Positions 58,189 to 64,000 of a stretch of 64,000 nucleotides of DNA are shown here, in pieces. The stretch comes from an archaeon. GTDB lineage: Archaea > Micrarchaeota > Micrarchaeia > CAILAH01. The notes beneath the pieces are model-generated. The model worked only from the letters and a program-made list of their open reading frames with translations. It was not told where the DNA came from and ran no database searches. Position numbers and translations under genes: made by a program. Numbering within the stretch: position 1 is the first letter of the stretch; each line of letters begins with the position of its first letter. Where the stretch lies: positions 34,897 to 98,896 of the forward strand of contig JAJSAH010000017.1 in the NCBI GenBank assembly GCA_024274875.1. The letters are read 5' to 3'.

Positions 58189-59595
58189 TTACCACATCCT
58201 TCCCAGCATTTGCTTGATGCTAGTCATAACTTCCAACTTCTTTTCTCTTTTCTGCTTAATATACTTTTTTGTTATCGTTCTGAGCTTTGCAGCCATCTCA
58301 ACATCGGAGAATTTTTGGATGCAGTTCCTGTATTCATTCCCTGGATCGCCAGCAGCCCTTTCATATCCGAGTATGAGGTCAACATACCTGCGATGCAGCC
58401 CGCATTCCTCAACAGGAAGAAGCATTCCTATGGATTCGTCCGCCACGATCTCGCGTATTCCGCCTACATCGCTTGCAAGCAGGTATGCTCCTGATGCGAC
58501 CGCCTCAACAATCGCAAGGCCAAATGCCTCAGATTTGGACGGTTGAACAGCTATGTCCGCAAGCCTCTGCACAGGAGTGGCGATCACGCCGCCAAACATC
58601 CTGCCATACATGGATTTTAGAGAATTTGCATCATTGCCAAACACAATGTTTAGAATCCTTGAGTAGATCTCATAAGAAACGCTGTCTCCGCGCGCATATT
58701 TAGATATGTCAAGCACGAATTTCAATCTGTCCTCGGATATCAGCCTGTTAAAGCTCTTAAGTTTTTTGAATGCTGACGGCAGGTTTATTTCATTGCACAT
58801 TATGGAAGGGGTGGCGATCACAAACCCTACTTCTTTCGCCCTCTTATCAACAGATTTATTGAATGAGTTAAGTATTTCTTGAAGAGTGCCAATGCCTTTT
58901 TCGCGGGATAGCCTGCCGGAAAAGCAAACAACTTTCTTTACTTTATCGCTCATGCCTATATCTGCAAGCATGCCCATGCGTTCATCTTCAGTCGAAGGAA
59001 CATATATGTCCATATCTATGCCGTTCGGAACCACATCTATTTCACCAACCATGCCAGTGAAATCATTTGCAACTGCATTGCTTATGCAGATGCTCAAATC
59101 AACCGCGCCATTGAGCAGTCCAGATGCCTGTTTAAGCTTTTTCTTGCTATACATGTCTGAAAGAGTGTGAATGTATGGTGTTATAAGCATCCTGTCATCA
59201 ATTCCTCTTGACCTTGCCCACATGGAGAGGTTGCGCATAAACTTTGCGCTGGCGAGGCCTATGGGATAATGGTGCAATATAATTGGGGTTATGCCTACAT
59301 CCACAAAATGCTCGATTTTTGCAATAAACTTTTCAGAGGGATCATCGCCGTTTGCATACCCTTCCTCAAGCTCCGTTTTATACTGCATATGCACTGCCAT
59401 ACGCGAGAAATTCATATATTCATCAATCAACTGTTCAGGTATGGGCGGCCTGTTCGCGCACCATACCTGGCTGAAGCTAACCTCCGGATAATCGACCATT
59501 TTCCTAAGCAAAGAGCTTATTACGAAAGTCTGTCCAAAAAATGCAGACGTAACTGGGAACGGATGTGTTGACAAGTGTATGTAAGCGCAATTCAT
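58189..59595 (-). CDS. Glycosyltransferase, GT4-like (GT-B fold)
   Basis: C-terminal EAFGLAIVEAVASG (E-x7-E). Confidence 0.72.
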   Translation of the reverse strand: MNCAYIHLSTHPFPVTSAFFGQTFVISSLLRKMVDYPEVSFSQVWCANRPPIPEQLIDEYMNFSRMAVHMQYKTELEEGYANGDDPSEKFIAKIEHFVDVGITPIILHHYPIGLASAKFMRNLSMWARSRGIDDRMLITPYIHTLSDMYSKKKLKQASGLLNGAVDLSICISNAVANDFTGMVGEIDVVPNGIDMDIYVPSTEDERMGMLADIGMSDKVKKVVCFSGRLSREKGIGTLQEILNSFNKSVDKRAKEVGFVIATPSIMCNEINLPSAFKKLKSFNRLISEDRLKFVLDISKYARGDSVSYEIYSRILNIVFGNDANSLKSMYGRMFGGVIATPVQRLADIAVQPSKSEAFGLAIVEAVASGAYLLASDVGGIREIVADESIGMLLPVEECGLHRRYVDLILGYERAAGDPGNEYRNCIQKFSDVEMAAKLRTITKKYIKQKREKKLEVMTSIKQMLGRMW

Positions 59596-59645
59596 AACAA
59601 GTTATAGCAATACGAGTATATAAATTTTTCCAAACATATTGAATC

Positions 59646-60689
59646 ATGCGCATTCACTTCATGATCAATGGCATTGGGTTGGGGCACTTACACAGAGACC
59701 TTCCAGTCATGAGGGAGCTCAGCAAAAGGCATGATGTAAGCGCATCATCATTCGGACTTCCGCATGATGTATTAAAAAAGGATGGGGAATTTGACTGCAC
59801 CGCGCTCCCAAAGATTGGGGACCTTTCGCTGAACGAGGAAAAAATAGATGTTAAAATGAGCATCATCGATAACATGCTTAGGTTAAAGCCGCTTGCAATA
59901 AGAACAATCAATGATGTGCTGAATGAATTCAACCCAGAGTTAATCGTTGTGGATGGATACTTGCTTGGGGCATTTGTAGCAAAAACGCGAAATATAAGAA
60001 TAATAAGCATAACCAACTGCACAAATGTGTGGAATGTGTTTCCCAAATTCAATCCAATCTTCGAGAAAGGATCAAACATGATATCGAAAAGCATTATCGA
60101 TATAAGCGAAAAACTTATCGTGCCTGATTTCGCCCCACCTTACACAATTTCCAGCAGAAATATAGTGTATTTTGGCAATGAGCATAAATTTGCATATGTC
60201 GGTCCAACTGAAGTAATAAAAAACAAGCGGAAAGGCAGTGAAGTTCCTATTTGCATGGGGGGCAGCGATGTTAAAGGGAATGGGTTCAGTGAATTGAAAA
60301 ATTGCATAGAAAAAATGGGATATTCGGCTCTATTGTGCAACGGAAAAATAGATAAGGCGCAAGTTGAGCATCTGATTGAGCATGCGCCGTTCGTTGTATG
60401 CCACGGGGGGCACACAACTATCATGAATGCGCTGAGCGCGGGGTCTCCGGTCATCTCCATGCCTATGCAGGACTACACTGAAAGAGTGAATAATTCAATT
60501 GGTGCGATAGAAGCAGGGTGCGGCGAAATGCTGAGCCAAAGATGGATATGCGAGCACGCAGTGCAAATCGCAATCGGAAATGCTGTGAGCAGGCGCACTG
60601 CTGAGAGAGCTAAAAATATGTCAAGGGCAGCGCACGCTGCAAAAGGGCACCTAACTGCTGCTAGAATTATTGAATCTCCAAACCCATAG
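59646..60689 (+). CDS. Glycosyltransferase, MurG/GT28-GT1-like
   Basis: N-terminal NGIGLGHLHR and C-terminal CHGGHTTIMNALSAGSPVISMP. Confidence 0.6.
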   Translation: MRIHFMINGIGLGHLHRDLPVMRELSKRHDVSASSFGLPHDVLKKDGEFDCTALPKIGDLSLNEEKIDVKMSIIDNMLRLKPLAIRTINDVLNEFNPELIVVDGYLLGAFVAKTRNIRIISITNCTNVWNVFPKFNPIFEKGSNMISKSIIDISEKLIVPDFAPPYTISSRNIVYFGNEHKFAYVGPTEVIKNKRKGSEVPICMGGSDVKGNGFSELKNCIEKMGYSALLCNGKIDKAQVEHLIEHAPFVVCHGGHTTIMNALSAGSPVISMPMQDYTERVNNSIGAIEAGCGEMLSQRWICEHAVQIAIGNAVSRRTAERAKNMSRAAHAAKGHLTAARIIESPNP

Positions 60690-61811
60690 CGCAACTGCTG
60701 ACGCAAACGCAACTAACCCCCCAAACAAGAACGCGTATGCTGGGGAGAACGCGCTCCACAAATAACCAGCAATAATGCTCGATGGGAGAGCCGCCAACCC
60801 CGTGCAAGTATGAAATGCGCCTATTGCTGTCGCGCGCATATCAGATGGCGAGATGTCTGATACATAAGCGCGTTGTATGCCAATTATCGCAGCATTCGCA
60901 ACTCCATAAAGCATGAACAGGATAATTAAGCTTTGCAATGACTCAAATTGGTAAAAGCCAATGCATACAATGCTGAATAAGATATATCCGCCAATCAGTA
61001 TCTTGCGTTTTCCGATTTTATCTGAATATTTCCCAAGAGGGTATGAAAACGCTGCGTACATTATATTAAATACCACATACAGCAATATAGGAATTATTAT
61101 CCCTCCATCAACAGCCCGCATTATAAAAAACATATAGCTGAAATTAGCAAGCGCGAAAAGCGAAGCAATTCCGGTAAATACCAATACATTTTTAGGAAGA
61201 GATGTTAGCGCAATCCTGAATTTAGAATGTCTCATCGGATTAAATGCGGGCTCTTTAACAAAATACAACGGAATTATTGACAGAAAGGATATTGTCGCAG
61301 CGATTAAGATTATCTGATCAAGCGTTAAGTAAAGAAACATGAGAATTAGGGCTACCGCAACCGACCCCAATATCGCCCCTCCTGTATCAAGCATTCTGTG
61401 CAGCCCAAACGCCGCGCCTGTCCTAGTTGGCATAAATTGGCTTATCATAGCGTCGCGCGGCGCGTCCCGCATCCCTTTTCCAATTCTCTCAAACGATGCT
61501 GAGAGCACTGCAGCCATAGAATTCGATGAAATTGCAAGGAAAAGCTTAAACAACGCTGAGAATGCATACCCTCCATACAGGAACGGCTTCCTCTTTGCAT
61601 ACTTGTCCGACAAATACCCAAACGCTACTTTAAAGATGCTAGTAAGCGAATCTCTCAATCCTCCAACCACTCCTATGAGAACTGGTGATGCGCCCAGAGA
61701 AGTTAAGAAAAAGGGCAGTATGGGAAGAATCATCTCACTGCTGAAATCATTAAGAAAACTTGTTATGCCAAGAATGACAACATTCTTTTTGCCGTCATCT
61801 TTCGAACTCAT
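60651..61811 (-). CDS. MFS transporter
   Basis: 386 aa with about 12 TM segments and an MFS-like loop motif (GYLSDKYAKRKP). Confidence 0.8.
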   Translation of the reverse strand: MSSKDDGKKNVVILGITSFLNDFSSEMILPILPFFLTSLGASPVLIGVVGGLRDSLTSIFKVAFGYLSDKYAKRKPFLYGGYAFSALFKLFLAISSNSMAAVLSASFERIGKGMRDAPRDAMISQFMPTRTGAAFGLHRMLDTGGAILGSVAVALILMFLYLTLDQIILIAATISFLSIIPLYFVKEPAFNPMRHSKFRIALTSLPKNVLVFTGIASLFALANFSYMFFIMRAVDGGIIIPILLYVVFNIMYAAFSYPLGKYSDKIGKRKILIGGYILFSIVCIGFYQFESLQSLIILFMLYGVANAAIIGIQRAYVSDISPSDMRATAIGAFHTCTGLAALPSSIIAGYLWSAFSPAYAFLFGGLVAFASAVALWVWRFNNSSSS

Positions 61812-61832
61812 TTGAATATAGTGCGCAGCAAC

Positions 61833-61842
61833 ATATTTAAAT
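61833..61842 (+). promoter_or_regulatory. TATA-like box (atatttaaat) about 25 nt upstream of the RNase P RNA
   Basis: Called from the spacing to the P1 5' strand at about 61863. Confidence 0.4.
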
Positions 61843-61862
61843 TGAAATGAACCATAAGATAT

Positions 61863-62133
61863 GCGAGCGGTTGGCGGCAGCTAACGGCGCCGCATTTTTG
61901 CGTGCGCTGAGGAAGGTCCGCCCACGCAGAGCTGAAACTTCCGTAAAGGAAGGGAAGGGAACAGAAACGAAACTGCCTTTGCCATACGGGATGAAGTTAT
62001 TCTGACATCGGCAATGGTTAGGTGAAACGGCCCTTCCGGATGCTGTGAGCGTGCAAGCCTTTGCGGCGCTTAGATTAATGCTGCGGGAACAAATTCCCTA
62101 AAAAAACAGAAGGCGGCCTATGCCAGCCGCTCT
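61863..62133 (+). ncRNA. rnpB: RNase P RNA (archaeal type A-like, about 270 nt)
   Basis: P1 pairs GAGCGGTTGGC (61865-75) with GCCAGCCGCTC (62122-32). CR-I is GAGGAAGGTCCGCCC, CR-V is ACAGAAGGCGGCCTA, and GGTGAAACGGC is internal. Confidence 0.8.
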
Positions 62134-62680
62134 AATAACCCATGCTGATTTCCCAAGAAGTCAAACCTCCAGCAGAACGAAGGATAGCAATGCCTTCCTT
62201 CCAACCATGATCTATTGCATAGTCAAGCGCAGTTTTTCCGTGCAAATCAACCAAATTTACATCCGCACCGCGGTCTATTAACAACTCTAAAGCATTTTTG
62301 CTGCGATACAGCACCGTGAATATGAGAGCTGTCCTCCCATAAAGATCTTTAAGATCTTTATCAGCGCCGCGGTCTAATAACAGGCGAACCATATTGACAT
62401 CATCTCCAACCACTGCGTGAGAAAGCATCGTTCCTCCTAAATCAAATATGCCATCTGCGTTTGCACCCCTAATTATGCAACGCCTCGCTTTATTCAAATC
62501 GCCTCTGCGTATGGCATTTAGAAGCTCCTTATTCAGCTCATAGATCTGTTCGCTAGAGAGGTCTCTTTCAAACTTAATTACTCTGAACTGCGAGGCATCC
62601 CTATCGCGAACAGTTCGGTCTCTTTTCGCAGCCCTCCTGCATCTGCTAAACGGAATTATTTTACCCATAAGCATATTCAA
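62132..62680 (-). CDS. Ankyrin-repeat protein (about 4 repeats)
   Basis: Contains GGTMLSHAVVGDDVNMVRLLLDRGADKD, GRTALIFTV... and GKTALDYAIDHG. Confidence 0.8.
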   Translation of the reverse strand: MNMLMGKIIPFSRCRRAAKRDRTVRDRDASQFRVIKFERDLSSEQIYELNKELLNAIRRGDLNKARRCIIRGANADGIFDLGGTMLSHAVVGDDVNMVRLLLDRGADKDLKDLYGRTALIFTVLYRSKNALELLIDRGADVNLVDLHGKTALDYAIDHGWKEGIAILRSAGGLTSWEISMGY

Positions 62681-62693
62681 AAGTTAACGATAT

Positions 62694-64000
62694 TTAAGCA
62701 TTTCTATGCGCGGATAAATGCATTATCAATTCCACGACTAAAGACACTCCTGAACCTGTAGCGCCAAACTCCACCGGAGGAATATTCTTGGTTCTCCAAG
62801 CCGTGCCGGCAATATCAAAATGCACCCACTTAGCCTTTGATACAAAGTTTGAGAGAAATGCTGCTGCGGTTATCGTGCCGGCTTCATGCGTTCCAGAGAT
62901 ATTTTTTATGTCAGCAATCTTGCTCTTCATCATCTCTTTATACTCAGGCCATAATGGAAGCCTCCATGCTTCATCTAAACTGCGCGAACTCGCATCAATA
63001 ACTTCGCGCGCAAGCTCATCATCATTCGACAGCATGCCCATCGCATAACTTCCCAATGCAACCACGCAAGCGCCGGTCAATGTTGCGAGATCTATGATAT
63101 AATTCGGCTTGTAATGTTTCTCTGCGTATGCAATTGCATCTGCAAGAATCAGCCTGCCCTCAGCATCAGTGTTAAGAATCTCAATCGTCTTTCCGTTGCA
63201 AGCTTTAACTACATCTCCTGGTTTGGTTGCTCTGCCGCCGGGCATATTTTCAGCGCACGGGAGAAGCCCAATAACTCTTGCATTAGGTTTAAGCTGAGCA
63301 ACAGATTTCATTATTCCAAGAACTGCGCAAGCGCCACTCTTATCGAACTTCATCTCATCCATGCCTTTGCTCGGCTTCAAAGAGATGCCGCCGCTATCGA
63401 ATGTAATCCCCTTCCCAACAACAGCAATAGTTATGTTTGCGCGTTTATTGCGCGGCAAGTATTCAATAATGGGGAGCACTGGATCGCGGGCGCTTCCGTA
63501 TGAAACAGATAACAACGCATTCATGCCAAGCTTTCTCATCATCTTCTTATCTATTAATGAATATTTCAATCCGTGCTTTTTTGCAAGCGATTTTGCTTCA
63601 GCAGCCATAAACTGCGGCGTAGCTATATTAGCAGGATTATTGTCTATATCCCGCGCATAATTAATCGACGATGCTATGCGCCCGGCATGCATCGCGATGC
63701 TATTCTGTCCATTACTGCATAAAAGATGCACATCGAGCTTTTTTGAAGAATTGCCAGATGATTTGAAATTAGTCGTTTCATGCAAATGCACATGAAGCGA
63801 AATCACCGCATTATACAGAGAAACATCATCAAGCATTCTCAAATCATACGATGCATGCTCAATGCGCAGGTTTTCCGCAAAATTAAAAGATGACACCACA
63901 TGTTTTCTGATGAACCTTGGGAGGTATGACTTCTTATTTCCCAAACCCACAAAAATTATGCCATCTGCATAAAGAATCTCTCCTTCATCGCCCTTAAATT
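62694..64000 (-). CDS. pepA: Leucyl aminopeptidase (M17), with the 5' end beyond the right window edge
   Basis: Contains VGKGITFDSGGISLKP and NTDAEGRL. My translation upstream of the track's GTG start stays open (..FKGDEGEILYADGIIFVGLGNK) to position 64000. Confidence 0.9.
   Translation of the reverse strand, partial: FKGDEGEILYADGIIFVGLGNKKSYLPRFIRKHVVSSFNFAENLRIEHASYDLRMLDDVSLYNAVISLHVHLHETTNFKSSGNSSKKLDVHLLCSNGQNSIAMHAGRIASSINYARDIDNNPANIATPQFMAAEAKSLAKKHGLKYSLIDKKMMRKLGMNALLSVSYGSARDPVLPIIEYLPRNKRANITIAVVGKGITFDSGGISLKPSKGMDEMKFDKSGACAVLGIMKSVAQLKPNARVIGLLPCAENMPGGRATKPGDVVKACNGKTIEILNTDAEGRLILADAIAYAEKHYKPNYIIDLATLTGACVVALGSYAMGMLSNDDELAREVIDASSRSLDEAWRLPLWPEYKEMMKSKIADIKNISGTHEAGTITAAAFLSNFVSKAKWVHFDIAGTAWRTKNIPPVEFGATGSGVSLVVELIMHLSAHRNA

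Overview
This window is a tightly packed, AT-rich archaeal chromosome segment, and its style suggests a small-genome (DPANN-like) archaeon, though that is an inference. The style cues are short proteins, split RNA polymerase subunits, an unlinked 5S rRNA, non-canonical tRNA introns, and GGAGGTG/GGTGA Shine-Dalgarno sites with ATGA-type gene overlaps.

Core content:
- The classic archaeal operon rpoH-rpoB''-rpoB'-rpoA'-rpoA''-L30e-nusA-S12-S7-EF2 lies on the minus strand at 3.5-14.7 kb.
- Replication and repair genes: polB, orc1/cdc6, radA, mre11, hjc, rnhB, a RecJ-like DHH protein, an HhH-GPD glycosylase and a class II RNR.
- Translation and quality-control genes: metG, ABCE1, pelota, an NFACT-N protein, trm5, truD, a TrmJ-like methylase and a HemK-related methylase.
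- Oxidative-stress genes dfx and prx with a divergent Lrp regulator.
- RNA genes: 5S rRNA, RNase P RNA, tRNA-Val and tRNA-Gln.
- Three ankyrin-repeat proteins, plus many small membrane or hypothetical genes.

Most notable observations:
1. Three conserved genes (rpoB'', sepF and an RBBP9/YdeN-type hydrolase) are each interrupted by one in-frame TAA, with homology continuing on the far side. TAA is otherwise the commonest true stop in the window.
2. A 1.5 kb AbiEi/AbiEii toxin-antitoxin cassette sits between exact 24-bp direct repeats. A displaced, diverged copy of the 3' end of the neighbouring nitroreductase gene lies beside it, which looks like an integration scar.
3. Both tRNA genes carry a T-loop (59/60) intron. 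tRNA-Gln has a canonical 37/38 intron as well.

No CRISPR array, transposase or integrase was seen. All calls rest on my own reading of the translations and motifs; no database search was run.
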